Notes: generated by a model not told the origin, from the sequence alone. A stretch of DNA of 64,000 nucleotides from Chrysemys picta bellii (GCF_011386835.1 NC_088797.1:29636001-29700000), one strand, 5' to 3'. Positions 34,701-47,121 are shown, counted from the stretch's first letter. Numbers and translations: made by a program.

Positions 34701-37700
34701 TGGAAATAATGAGGGGTGGGGGGCAATATTCTAACCACTGCCCCATACGTACCCACTGATCCCAGGCCTGCCAGCTCCAGGAATGGGGAGCCCTGGTCCC
34801 CTAGGATCCATGCCCCCTCCCAGCATGCTGCAGCTGCTGGGATGCAGGGGGAGGGGCAGAGGGAACACAATTCTTTTCCCTTGACGTCATCTGTTTTGTG
34901 CAGGAATCTTGTGGCCAGAGGCTGGGACGACAGTCCCTCAGCCAGGGGAGTGGCAGGAGCCCAGCACAGGGAGGGCAGAGAACTGGAGCCCTGGGGGACA
35001 ATCCTGCCCTGGGTGCTGAAGTGGGGGGGGACAGAACGGAACTAGATGGGGACTTCTCATCTCTATGAATTACGGGCATTACAGTAGTGCCGGGCCCGGC
35101 ACAGACCCCAGCCGAACTCAGGGCCCCGTCATGGCGGGCGCTGCACAGACCCCGGCCGAGCTCAGGGCCCCGTCATGGCGGGCGCTGCACAGACCCCAGC
35201 CGAACTCAGGGCCCCGTCATGGCGGGCCCGGCACAGACCCCGGCCGAACTCAGGGCCCCGTCATGGCGGGCGCTGCACAGACCCCGGCCGAGCTCAGGGC
35301 CCCGTCATGGCGGGCGCGGCACAGACCCTGCTGAGATCAGGGCCCCGTCATGGCGGGCGCTGCACAGACCCCGGCCGAGCTCAGGGCCCCGTCATGGCGG
35401 GCGCTGCACAGACCCGGCCGAGCTCAGGGCCCCGTCATGGCGGGCGCTGCACAGACCCGGCCGAGCTCAGGGCCCCGTCATGGCGGGCGCTGCACAGACC
35501 CGGCCGAGCTCAGGGCCCCGTCATGGCGGGCGCTGCACAGACCCCGGCCGAGCTCAGGGCCCCGTCATGGCGGGCGCTGCACAGACCCCGGCCGAGCTCA
35601 GGGCCCCGTCATGGCGGGCGCTGCACAGACCCCGGCCGAGCTCAGGGCCCCGTCATGGCGGGCGCTGCACAGACCCCGGCCGAGCTCAGGGCCCCGTCAT
35701 GGCGGGCGCTGCACAGACCCCGGCCGAGCTCAGGGCCCCGTCATGGCGGGCGCTGCACAGACCCCGGCCGAACTCAGGGCTGCTGCACAGACACACAGTG
35801 AGAGACAGTCCCTGCTCTGGAGATCTAATACCTACACAGAGAAAGGGTGGGAGGGGAAACTGAAGTACAGAGAGGGGGAGGGACCTGCCCAAGGTGACAA
35901 AAAGAACCCAGGAGTCCTGTGCTTTATGCACTGGGCTGCCTCCACATGCAGGTCCAGTCAAGTTTCAGGGAACATTTGGTGATGTGTCAGTCTCCTGGGT
36001 TCTAGCTGCAGCTCTGGGAGGGGAGTGGGGACTAGGATTCTGGGAGGCAGCAAGGTTTTCTTCCTGCCTCCTTCCAGAGACAACCAAGCTATGCCTCCCC
36101 GCTGACCCCTGGGGTCAGTACCCCCTCCCTCCCAAATCTCTCTGCAAAAGCCATCAACGTTGGGATGCCAGCAGGAACCACCTTTGTGTCCTACTTGTCT
36201 GCAAAGTGGGTGACAAGCACGCACACACGTACAGGGGAGATGGCAGGGGAGATGGAGAGAGTGTCCTTCGTCTGTAAGGCCAGATGGGCCCACTGCGATC
36301 ATCTAGTCTGATGTCATGTATAGCTAGAGCCTACCAAATTCACAGCCATGAAAAACACATCACAGATCATGAAATCCGGTCTCATGTGCTTTTACCCTAT
36401 ACTATACAGATTTCACAGGGGAGACCAGCGTTTCTCAAATTGGAGGTCCTGACCCAAAAGGGAGTTGCAGGGGGAGGGGGGGGTGTCACAAGGTTATGGT
36501 ATGAGGATTGCGGAATTGCCACCTCTCACTTTTGCGCTGCCTTCAGAGCTGGGCAGCCGGAGAGCAGCAGCTGTTGGCCAGGTGCTCAGTCCTGAAGGCA
36601 GCGCCCCACCAGCAGCAGCGCAAAAGCAAGGGTGGCAATACCATACCATGCCATCCTTACCTCTGCATTGCTGCCACCGCTATCCAGCTGCCCAGTTCTG
36701 AAGGCAGCACCGCCAGCACCTGCGCAGAAGGGTAGCAGTGTCGCAACCCCCCCTACAATAACCTTGCAACCCCCGTCACAACTCCTTTTTGGGTCAGGAT
36801 CCCTACAATTACAACACCGTGAAATTTCAGCTGTAAATAGCTGAAATCATTAAATTAATGATTTTTAAAATCCCGTGCCCGTGAAATTGACCAAAATGGA
36901 ACGTGAATTTGGTAGGGCCCTGTATCTAACATAAGCCATAGGCCGGCCCAGAATTAATTCATCCAGGACAGAGCAGATCTTCTAGAAAACCATCCAATCT
37001 TGATTTAAACATTGCCAGTGATGGAGAATCCACCACAGCCCGCGGTTGGTCCAATGGTGAATTCCCCTCACTGGTAAAAATATGTTGCCTTATTTCCGAT
37101 CTGCATTCCGCAAGCTTCTATTTCCGGCTGCTGGAACACGTTACACCTCTGACTGCCGAACTGAAGAGCCCTCATGTTATCCAATTTCTGTCCCCATGTC
37201 ACTTTCTGTTCCCTGTGTATATGCCCGAGAGGTGCATACAGGGGACGGCGTATGTAAAATACACACATGCAGGACAGCCCCAATCCTGGCTGAGCCCGGG
37301 GACTGAACAGGGGACTTCCCGAGCTAAAAGGCTGAGGCCAGATTGACACTCGAAACGTTTGCTGGTAAAGCAATGTCACTCACGGGTGAGATTTGTTAAC
37401 AACATTTTATACTAGCAACAGCTCCAATGCAGACACGATTATAGCAGCAAACGGACTCAGAGCACTGATGAGAATAATGATAAAACTGTCCTCTTGTCAG
37501 TGGCTTGTTTTGCTCAGCGAACTGGTATAAGGAGCATTTTGCCGGTATAAGCAGAGTCTCCACTAGGAAGGTTTGCCGGCATGACTGTACTGGTATAGCA
37601 ATACTGACAAATCCTTTCTAGTTTAGACTAGGACAGTGTCATTACAGTTTGAGGTACAGAGCTAGGCTGGGTAGCTGGGAGCTGCGAGATTCCCATCCTC

Positions 37701-40700
37701 TGTGGATCATCACAGAGGGAGGTGAATATTACATATGGACCTGGCAGTGTGGCGAGTGGGTAGAACATGGCACTGGGGCTCCGGATGCCAGGGTTCTATT
37801 CCTGGCTCCGCCACCAGCTACTGGGTGATTGGGTAAGTCGTCCCTCCCTGTGCCTCAGCGGTTTCTAAACTGATTTTGTTTCCATGACTGCAAAAAGACA
37901 GAGTTTGTCTGCCTTAAGATGACTGTAATCAAATCTCGTGCTTCATGGCTTTAGCTAGTCACTTTCTGGGGTCAGGAAGGGATTTTTCCTCCCAATGCAC
38001 AGCTAACTAGATGTGTTTAGTTAGTTAAGACTGGGACTTTTCAGCTTGGAAACGAAACAACTTTAGGGGGGAGGGATAGCTCAGTGGTTTGAGCATTGGC
38101 CTGCTAAACCCAGGGTTGTGAGCTCAATCATCGAGGGGCCACTTAGGGATCTGGGGCATAACTCAGTACTTGCTCCTGCTAGTGAAGGCAGGGGGCTGGA
38201 CTCAATGACCTTTTGCGGTCCCTTCCATTTCTATGAGATAGGTATATCGCCATATATTACAACTAAGGAGGGATATTATAGATTGGCGTGCAGAAAGTAA
38301 ATAAGGAAGTGTTGTTTATTTCTCATAACACAAGAACTAGGGGTCACCAAATGAAATTAATAGGCAGCAGGTTTAAAACAAACAAAAGGAAGTATTTCTT
38401 CACACAATGCACAGTCAACCTGTGGAACTCTTTGCCAGAGGATGCTGTGAAGGCCAAGACCATAACAGGGTTCAAAAAAGAACTAGATAAGTTCATGGAG
38501 GATAGGTCCATCAATGGCTATTAGCCAGGATGGGCAGGGATGGTGTCCCTAGCCTCTCTTTGCCAGAAGCTGGGAATGGGCAACAGGGGATGGATCACTT
38601 GATGATTACCTGTTCTGTTCGTTCCCTTTGAAGCACCTAGCATTGGCCATTGTCGGAAGACAGGATTCTGGGCTAGATGGACCATTGGTCTGACCCAGTA
38701 TGGCCGTTCTTATGTCTGGGTTGGGGATTTTTTTCTGACTTCCTCTGAAGCACCAGAGATCAGCCCAGCTGGGACACTGGATGGGGTGAGCCAGTGCTCT
38801 GAGGTGGTATCAAATCCCCTCTCTAGCTGCCTGGCTGGTGGACCTTGCCCAGATGCTCAGGGTTCAGTACATCACCAGATTGGGGGTCGTGAAGGATTTT
38901 CTCACAGGCCAGATTGGCAGGCACCTTGGGGGTTTTCACCTCCCTCTGCAGCTTGGGGTGCAGGTCGCCTCCTAGGATCAGCTGGGCATGGCTCACCTCA
39001 GCAATTCCCTGCCAGCACAGGGCCCTCGGGCACTGTGGGCTCCTTGGTCTTCCCTGTTCTCTCTCTGGGGCTCACAACAATTTAGTCTCCTGAGGACTCA
39101 AACGCATTGGGCTCAATACGAGCAGAATTGGGTGATAATGAACCCGTGTTCTACAGAGGGTCAGCCTGGACGATCTGATGGTCTCTTGTGTCCTTAAACT
39201 CTAGGAAACCAGAGTGGACTGATTTAAAATCAAGGCGATTTAAATTACGAAGTGGAAAGCCTCAATTTCAATCATCCATTTTCATAAACTTTTCCATTTG
39301 TACGTCAGTAATTTTCTAAAGAAAGGTGCCCTCTCATTAAAACAAGCTGAGTTACAACTAAACAGAGCCTTTACGCTAGATTTGGTACATCTTTTTGCTG
39401 CCTAAGAGAATACACTATAACAATATGCATTTATGTAAGCAATTATATAGCTTAATATCTTCAGATTCTTATTAACTGAACATCTTCAGCATGTTAGAAA
39501 ATAGTAAAAGATATATAGCTTATTTACTAGATAATTAACTTTTTGCTCATTATTTGTGTCAAGACGCATTAGGAGGGTAACTGGAATTTAATTAAATACA
39601 CAACAGCATCTAAAATGCATTTTTATTAAACAAAACCTTAAATGTTTTGGATCCATAAACTTCTCTTATCAAAACATGTTTCACGCTTGCAACTACATTA
39701 AAGAAACAGAGGGATTAACTGTAGTCAGTGAATTAAACTGATTGTTTCAGGTCAGCCTGGGAACATTTTCAAACATGCCTAAGTGAAAGAGACTGGGGTT
39801 TAAATTCCTCGTCTCACCTAAGTCTCTTTAAAATGAGACAGGCTCCCATATTACTTAGGCTGCCGTATTGTGCCATATTTCTAAAGCCTGAATTCAAAAG
39901 TTAGATGCTTCCCCCTGATTCTTTCTTTATACAGAAAGGCAGCCTTGAACTCAAAGGGTTTTTTTTAATAGAATCTCATGGATTCAGCACATTTTTATTT
40001 AATAACATTTTAAAATAATAATAATAAATGTATAGGTTTTACATATTTTGTATTAAATTCAGATTTCATTTAACCAGGTTTATTTTGAAAAAGAAAACAT
40101 ATAATTTAAATAAAAATTAAAATTAAAAAAACTTTTTTTTTTTAAATAAAATCATTGAATGTTATCCACTCAGTATGAAACTACAGAGATAGATCAGGCT
40201 GAGTCTAGAAAGCTGCCCCACAGCAAAGGACTTGAGAGCACCGTCCGTTTAGCTTCTCCAAGCAAAGTATAAGAAGTGATTCGAACCTGGGCTTTAAGCA
40301 CCTCTATCTATGTGGAGGAGATTTCAAAGAGCAGAGGACTCATTAAGTCAGCAGACCAAAGACAGAACAAGACCCAATGTCCTGGAGCTGAAGCTTGACA
40401 AATTCAGACAAGAAATAAGTTGCAAATTTTTAACAGGAAGCGGGATTAACCATTAGAACAGCTGACTCCAGGACTGGGTGGAGTGTCTCTTACTTGGGGT
40501 CTTTCGATCCAGCTCACACATCACTCTAAAACCAATGTTCTAGCTCAACCACCAGATCTGGGCTGGAGGCAGGAATGGCTGGGAACGGTTCTCTGGCCTG
40601 GGTTATGCAGGTGGTCAGACTGGATGATCACAACAATGTCCCTTCTGGCCTTGAAATCTACTATGATCCATGACTGACAAGAATTAAGAGGCAGCGTGGT

Positions 40701-43700
40701 CCAGTGGACAGGGGCACTGGCCTGAGCGTTAGGACTCCTGAGTTCTAGTCCCAGATCTGCGACTGAGCTGCTGCATGACCTTGGGCAAGTCTTTTCCCCT
40801 CTTGGTGCCTCTGACTCCCCATCCACCCTTCGTCTATTCAGACTGTGAGCTCCTCCAGGGCAGGGACCGTCTCACTGTGCGTCTGTGCCTGGCACAACGG
40901 GATGGCCCCTCTCACCCCCCCCCTCAGCTGTGCACATGGGGGGACTGTGATCTCAGTTGGAACCTTGAGTTACAACCATAATACAAATAATATTGAATAA
41001 GTGCATTAGACCGAGGGTTGAGGCGTCTGATGGGACGAATTGATTAAAAGCAGCAGTCAAAAAGCAAACACATTACACAACTCCCTAAGAGCGGGATGAA
41101 GGGTCTTCCAATGCCAGCATATAAACCAATGGTGCAGTCACACAGCGCACAGGGCACGCCGCCTCTCACAGGGCCCAAAATCGCAGGGGGCTCCTAGTAG
41201 GCCGAGAGGCCTAGAGCAGTGGGGACTGCTCACCTTGGATCTGAGCTGAGGATGGTAAAGAGGAGATTGGGAGCATCCCTTGCTTTCTGGCAGCACTAGG
41301 ACAGTCATAGATTCTAAGGCCGGAAGGGCCCCCTGCGATAGGCTGACCTCCTGTCTCACACAGGCCATAGGCATGCCCTGAATCGAGTCCTGGCTGAGAT
41401 CAGAAGGCAACAAATTCAGAACTGATCAGAGGAAAGGATTTCCACACACACGGCACCGTTCACCTGTGGAACCCATTGCCACAGGCTGCGACTGAGGCTG
41501 GGGGCCGAGCAGGAATCCAGAAGGGACTGGCCATTTCTTTGGAGAACAAGACTACATGGAGTTGGAAGGGCGGAGGCTGTAAAATCAGACAGAGCTTTGG
41601 ACGGGACATCAAACCTCCTGCCAGAGAGATGAAGCTGCTCTCTGTCCGGTCAAAGTTGGGAGGGACAGAGTTGGGAGGAGACTACTGAAGGGGGCCAGAT
41701 TATTCCCTCAGCTGCTCCCATGGGGGCGTCTTGTGCCTGCCTCTGAAGCAGCTGGTTTCACAGCCATGGTCAGCGATGGGGCTAGAAGGACTTCAGGCCT
41801 GATCCAGCCTTGCAAGTAGCCCGAGTTCAAAGTAAGTCATTGCAGTAACTCCCAGCCAGCTCACTGGGGCAGGGAATATCTTTGTTCTCTTTGTACAGCG
41901 CCTAGCGCAATGGAGTTCTGCTGTGGGACTGGGGCTCCTGGTGCTACCAGCACATATGAAATACACAGCAATACTAATTCTCATGCTGGGTAGAATTACA
42001 CACAAGCACCCTGCTGAATCAGAGCCTAGGACTGGGTGTATAACAGAGAGCAGGAACAGAATAACCTGTTCCATTATTATTACTCGTATTACAGAAATGT
42101 CTAGAGGCCCTGGCCAAGGCTGGGAACACCTTGTGATGCCAGGAGCCATACAGCTCCCCACCATGTCTGGTGCTGCACAGACACACACTGAAAGACAATC
42201 CCTGCCCTGCACCAGGGTGAGTGGCTAGGGCACTGGACTGGGACTCAGGACACCTGGGTTCTATTCCTAGGTCTGCCATCAACTTTAGGCAAGTCCCTTT
42301 CCCTCTCCGTGCGTCAGTTTCCCTTTTCACCCCGTGTCTTTCAACACCCTGTCTACGCTAGGCAGGGTATACCAGCAAAGATGTCTCCACTGCGTCGGCC
42401 ACGTTGTGGGTTCTGCCAACATATCTGGCAAAACCTTTTACCTTAGACAAGGTTTGGAAGCGCTTCTTGCAGGGCCTGTCCCTTGCTGTGTGTCTGAGCC
42501 ATGCCCAGCACAACTGGGGGCGCTGTGTCTCAGCTAGAGGTCTAGGCAGCACCATCCCCTGACCTCAGTCAGGCGGGTGGGGAGGGGGAAAAGAGTCTAG
42601 GCGCTACCGCAATACACCTAATAAATAACTATTAGCAGCAGGAAAAGGTGGTGTTCTTTGTTTTATCCCTAAGGTCTTGTCTCAGTTGCCGCTGAGGCAC
42701 ACTAGCCCCAGTGGTATTTGGGCTTCTGGTTTTGGTGGCAGGGTCTGGCTATTTAAGGCACTTGGAAGTGTTAGGCTTAGCTGTACCAGGTCAAACCAGT
42801 GGGCTCCATCAGCCCAGTACCCCCACCTCCTTAAGGCGGCTGTGTGGGATGGAGAGAAATTCCTTCCCAACCCCTCACATGAGGACTGGTGACCTCTAGA
42901 GCTTGTTGTAGTTCCCCACTTCTGAGCCTACAAGGGCCAGAGAGGAGCAGAGAACTGGGGTGGGGATAGCCTGAATTGATGGGGGTGTGGAAAATGGAGT
43001 TTGTTATACAGATATATCCATCCTTTCTAGCTCTCTGGGTTGTGAAAAAATAGCCCTTTAAAAACAGACTGTCACCAACATGCTCTTGCCCTCCCCGCAC
43101 ACAATCACCACGTTAACTTTGAAACCTAATGATGACTGTCCCAAAACAGCCACACAATCAGCTGTTTCATGTTGAGCCATTCAGCCAAAATGGGTGGCTG
43201 GCTCAGCCGCAAACCCTTCTCCAGAGCCTACAGGCCCAGCTGCCCAAACCTCCCCGCTCCGCCACCCCGGAATTTCTAAGGAAAGCAACGCCGAGTACAT
43301 CTACATGAAAACTACCTAGGCAGAAGATAATGTTGACTGGAGTCTGTAGGTGGTACAGTTCTAGTGAGCTACACATCTGGGGGATGCACCCAGCACATGA
43401 GCCACTCACGGGGTTAATTCAGTAGGAATTGTCAGCTTGTTGGGGCAGGGACCGTCTTTCTGTTCTGGGTCTGTACAGCACCCAGCACAAGGGGTCCTGG
43501 GCCATGACTGGGGCTCCTACATGCTACTGCAATACAAAGATTTGCTGATTCTAATGCCAGAAACGACCACTGTGATCATCTAGTCTGAACTCTGGTATAA
43601 CAGGCCAAAGGCCAGCCCCGAATTAATTCCCACCTGAACTAGAGCAGATCTCTTAGAAAAAAAGATCCAATTTAGTTTAAAAGTTGCCTGTGATGGAGAA

Positions 43701-44791
43701 TCCACTATAGCCTGCGGAGCCCCCTCCCCCCCCAAGTCTAGTATCCCCTGGATTCTTCTGGTTCCCAAACTGGGAGCCCCCCTCCTTGACTCCCTCCAGC
43801 TCGGGAAGTCGTCCCACTGTATTAATTCCCCTCGCTGTTAAAACAGAAACACTTTATTTCTAGTCTGAATTTGTGTAGCTTTAAAAGTTGTGAGACCTTT
43901 GTCTGCTAAACTGAACAGCCCATTATCAAATTTCTGTTCCCCATGTAGTGCTCACAGACCGATCAAATCAGCCCTTCTCTTTGTTAGGCTAAACAGATTG
44001 AGTTCCTCAAGTCTCAAGCACATAACAACAAAACACTTCCGGTTTGAAGGATTTCATTTACTCTGTCACTGTATTTCTGCCCTGGTTGGCGGGACAGAAG
44101 CGCTCTGGCTTATGGGATAATATGGGAAGTGCCACACTATATAAGAACTAGGTGTTAATATATGATGGGTTACAGGCCCAATACATCATATCAGAGCTGC
44201 CGTTTCCCTGCTCTACAGTGTCCAGCCAACTCCAGCCTGGCCCTTCCTCCATGCCAAAGGATTCCACTATCTGTGTTTTTCCCAACGTGTTGGGCTTTTT
44301 TTAAGAGACACAAATCTTCTCTCTTCCCCCTGCCCCACATTTCAGCCCCCAAATCCACTGTGCCTGCCTGACCCCCAAAGCAAACAGGGAAATCGCTGCC
44401 AACCAAGGCCCCGGAAGCAGGTCTCACCAGACATCACCACAACAAAACTTTTTCAAAACAAGGCAGGGACCCAGAAATGCAGCCTCTGGGGAAATAATGG
44501 GCGGTGGGGGATGGGACAAAGCAGGGGAAACCCAAGCTCTTGGGGAATCCCAGCTGCTCTCTAAGCCCCCCATATTCATAACCAGCACTCCAATAATAGG
44601 GGGCTTCCCCCCACACATCCCTATGAACTCAGCTGCTTCCACACACCCACCTGTCCCAGTGACTCCCATTTTACACACACCACTCCAGAGACGGGGGTGA
44701 GGGGAGTAGAGACACCCCAGAGATAAATGGGGGTTCTGGATTTGGGGAAAAGTCCATATTGCTGGATTGGGGGTACACACTTACCATCCAT
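25744..44791 (-). CDS. RELA: NF-kappaB p65 subunit, 11 coding exons, 556 aa
   Basis: Exons 44791-44785 (ATGGATG|gtaagt), 32080-32036, 30897-30746, 30198-30050, 29401-29310, 28600-28463, 28119-28015, 27520-27308, 27158-27078, 26641-26567, 26357-25744; all GT-AG, phases consistent (1671 nt). Contains [44 protein letters not shown] and TA1 [10 protein letters not shown]. The 7-nt first exon is the least certain. Confidence 0.95.
28727..29309. repeat. Minisatellite (~10 x 51-52 bp) filling most of RELA intron 5
   Basis: Unit GAAGGGGCTGTGGTTGGTTCTGCCCCACCCCCAGGCAGTCCTCCCCCCATC, recurring about every 52 bp from ~28794 to ~29300. Confidence 0.95.
29566..29858. mobile_element. PIF/Harbinger-type MITE in RELA intron 4
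   Basis: Ends GGGTACGTCTACACT...AGTGTAGACCAGGCC, 3-bp TSD TGA on both sides, internal palindromes, many CpGs retained. Confidence 0.8.
35089..35790. repeat. CpG-rich 43-44-bp minisatellite (~15-16 copies) in RELA intron 1
   Basis: Unit GGGCCCCGTCATGGCGGGCGCTGCACAGACCCCGGCCGAGCTCA, near-perfect copies, 5 CpG per unit. Confidence 0.95.
36325..36922. mobile_element. hAT-like element with a nested Charlie-like piece
   Basis: Ends TAGAGCCTACCAAATTCAC...GTGAATTTGGTAGGGCCCTG; internal CCAGCGTTTCTCAAA-type start at ~36425; interrupts a CR1 tail. Confidence 0.65.
38066..38262 (+). mobile_element. Tortoise-type tRNA-derived Pol III SINE with a CR1-like tail
   Basis: GGGAGGGATAGCTCAGTGGTTTGAGCATTGGCCTGCTAAACCCAGGGTTG...; A-box TAGCTCAGTGG 38077-38087, degenerate B-box GAGCTCAATC 38120-38129, tail GGACTCAATGACC...GGTCCCTTCC...CTATGA. 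Confidence 0.85.
38270..38715 (+). mobile_element. CR1 LINE 3-prime end (ORF2 C-terminus plus 3-prime UTR)
   Basis: [37 protein letters not shown]...[17 protein letters not shown], then a UTR ending ...ATGGCCGTTCTTATGT. Confidence 0.9.
39205..40175. mobile_element. AT-rich DNA-transposon remnant
   Basis: Abrupt AT-rich island, with GATTTAAA repeats at the left end and AAAATCATTGAATGTTATCCAC at the right end. No intact transposase ORF. Confidence 0.5.
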
Positions 44792-45239
44792 TTCTGCCAG
44801 AAGTCAGGCTAGGTCCCAGGCTGGGAATCAAGGAGGTACGGGGGTAGGGGCTCCCTGGCTGGAGGGAGTCAAGGAGGGGGGCTCCCAGTTTGGGAACCAG
44901 AAGAATCCAGGGGATACTAGGCTTGGGGGGGGGGGGCTCCGCAGTCTAGGACTGGCCCCGGCGTGGGGGCTCAGGAGATAGACTCCAGTCCACAATAAGA
45001 GCGTGTGCGAGGTCGGGGGTGTCTCAGTACAACAGCTGGTCCCACCCCGAGAGGGGGGATGTAGGCGCCAAGGGGATGGGGGCCTCTTTGGGGTGGGGCC
45101 CCCACTGGGGAGGATTCTGATAGGGAACGGGGGGGATTCTGACTCCTGCGGGGGTCCCGACCCCTATGGCGGGTCCCAGCCCCAATCGGGAGAGGGGTGC
45201 AGCTGGGTATGCCCTGGGGAGTCTGTCCGAGAGGGAGCC

Positions 45240-45560
45240 CAGCTAGGGCGGGTCCAGCCCCTCGAAGGGCTCCGAGGCGGAAGGGGGTTCCGGCTCCAAT
45301 CGGGGGTCCGAGGCAGGGGCGGGGCCGGGGGCGTGGTCCAGGCGGGGGCCTCCGGCGGGATCGGGTCCAGGTGCCGCTGCTGTATCCGTTCGCAAACTAC
45401 GCCGCACGCGGAAATGCCCGCTGCACGTGACCCGCCCCGCTGCTGGGAAAGCCCCGCCCACTATGCAAATGAGCGGGGGATTCTACGCAGGCGCGGAAGC
45501 GAGGGATGGAGCAGGGGCGAATTCCACACCAGCGAGGGAGAGAACGAAAAATAGAGAGAG
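45240..45560 (-). promoter_or_regulatory. RELA CpG-rich promoter
   Basis: CpG cluster with GC boxes, E-box CACGTGAC 45424-45431, GGGAAAGCCC 45445-45454, octamer ATGCAAAT 45463-45470 and an ETS-like CGGAAG; 450-750 bp upstream of the RELA ATG. Confidence 0.7.
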
Positions 45561-45701
45561 GCGGCAAGTACCAGGCAAGGCGTCACAGGGCCACATGGGA
45601 CCCATACGCTGGGTGTCATGTGACCATACGGACTTGCGTGTGGGACACTATTAGGCTACATAGGCACTAGGGTGCAGCACTTAGGCTGGGACATTATATA
45701 G

Positions 45702-46000
45702 CAGCAGTTTTCAACCAGGAGTCCGCGTTAGACTCACTAGAGCCCAGGGCAGAAAGCCCAAGCCCAAGCCCAAGCCCTGCTGTGCAGACCTGAACCCCGG
45801 GGCCCGGAGCTCTGCCCCCTGGGGCTAAAGTTGAAGCCTGAATAACATAGCTGTGTGGGGCTCCAGGCAGTTGCCCAGCTTTCTACCCACTAATGTCACT
45901 CTGGCTTTTATAGGCAGAAAACCAGTTGTGATGGCACAGCTGGGCCATGGAGTTTATATAGCATGGGGGGGCTCTAAAAGAAAAAGGTTGAGAGCCCCTG
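45702..46000. mobile_element. hAT (Charlie-like) MITE just upstream of the RELA promoter
   Basis: Ends CAGCAGTTTTCAACC...GGTTGAGAGCCCCTG; perfect 8-bp TSD TTATATAG (45694-45701, 46001-46008). Confidence 0.85.
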
Positions 46001-46793
46001 TTATATAGGACCCACACATTGGGCAGAATGGGTCCATATGGGCACCAGGGCAGGGTGTTACAAACCACATAGGGTAGAGGGAGAAGCATTACAGGGCCAC
46101 ATAGGGACTGGGATTCTATGGGCTAGTATAAGGACCTGGCCTATGAGTGCTCTGGGGTTATTTAGGAACTACAGCGGATCATTATGGGGCCATATAGGGA
46201 CCAGTTCATGAGATGTGATTGGGACTAGGGTGGGGCACCACTGCATTATACAGGGACCACTGTGGGGTGTTACAAAATTATATAGGGGGCTGCACATGCC
46301 ATATAGGATGTGACAAGGCCACAAAGGAACCAGGAAGGATAAGAGTCTTATCACAGCTGCTGTGGCCTCCCCAGTGGGTTTTTAGGCCAGATGCCCACAG
46401 CAGTAAATGGCTGAGTCAATGTCTGATGGCCCTACAGTCGCCTCTTGGGGCTTCAGACCTCAGAGGTGAACCCTCAAGGCTGTTTCTGGCAGAGATATTG
46501 TTCTGTTCCCTGTCTCTAGCAAATAAACTCACTCACACCAACCTCCCTTAAGGAGGACACAGCCACATCACCTTACCTCTTCCCCCAGAAGTCTCTCAGG
46601 GAGATCACTCTTTGTTGTAAGTTCCTTTGCTGGTGCAAAGATCATTCTCCTAGGCCATTACTTTGACTGTGTCACCCCTCTCTGTGCTTCCCTTCATTGG
46701 TCTTCCCTTCTCTCCTAGATCAGTCATAAGCTGCTTCTCTTCCCTTTCAAGGCCCTCCATGGCCAATCCCCACCTCACCTATAATATCTCTCT

Positions 46794-46921
46794 CAGGGGT
46801 GCTGGAACAATTTGTATAGTAGAGGTGCTGAGAGCCATTGAACCAAATTGTAAACCCTGTACATAATGGAAGCCACTTCAAGCCAGGGGATGCAGCAGCA
46901 CCCCTAGTTCCAGCACTTGTG
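46794..46921. mobile_element. 128-bp hAT-type MITE (same family as 952-1273, no nested insert)
   Basis: CAGGGGTGCTGGAACAATTTGTATAGT...CCCTAGTTCCAGCACTTGTG; TSD ATCTCTCT/ATCTCTCA. Confidence 0.8.
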
Positions 46922-47121
46922 ATCTCTCATTTAATATAAAGAAGCCGATTCCCATCCCCAATCAGCCTGTACTGGCAGCATCCACTGCTCACTTGTTACA
47001 TTTGTCAACAGCCCCTTCATCCTTTCTCCCATGCTATCACTTATGTTTGTGAGGAGCTCGCTGTAAATACCCGCAGAGCCATCTCATTGTCCTCCTTCAA
47101 ACTATCCTTTGTTGGGATGCC

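Noticed and set aside
28727-35790. Regular repeat arrays as possible CRISPR-like loci
   Set aside because: Units are contiguous with no unique spacers, there are no cas genes, and the context is eukaryotic intron.
35087-35982. ORFs of 208-258 aa (35087-35863, 35175-35801, 35350-35982)
   Set aside because: Translations of the 44-bp minisatellite cycling through frames, inside RELA intron 1 on the opposite strand; no domain content.
38066-38140. tRNA gene
   Set aside because: The tRNA-like head has a mutated B-box, no proper acceptor stem, and runs into a CR1-like tail, so it is a SINE.
44428-44485. 58-nt segment as RELA coding exon 2
   Set aside because: Ends in the wrong phase for exon 3. 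The 45-nt exon at 32080-32036 ([16 protein letters not shown]) fits both phase and homology.
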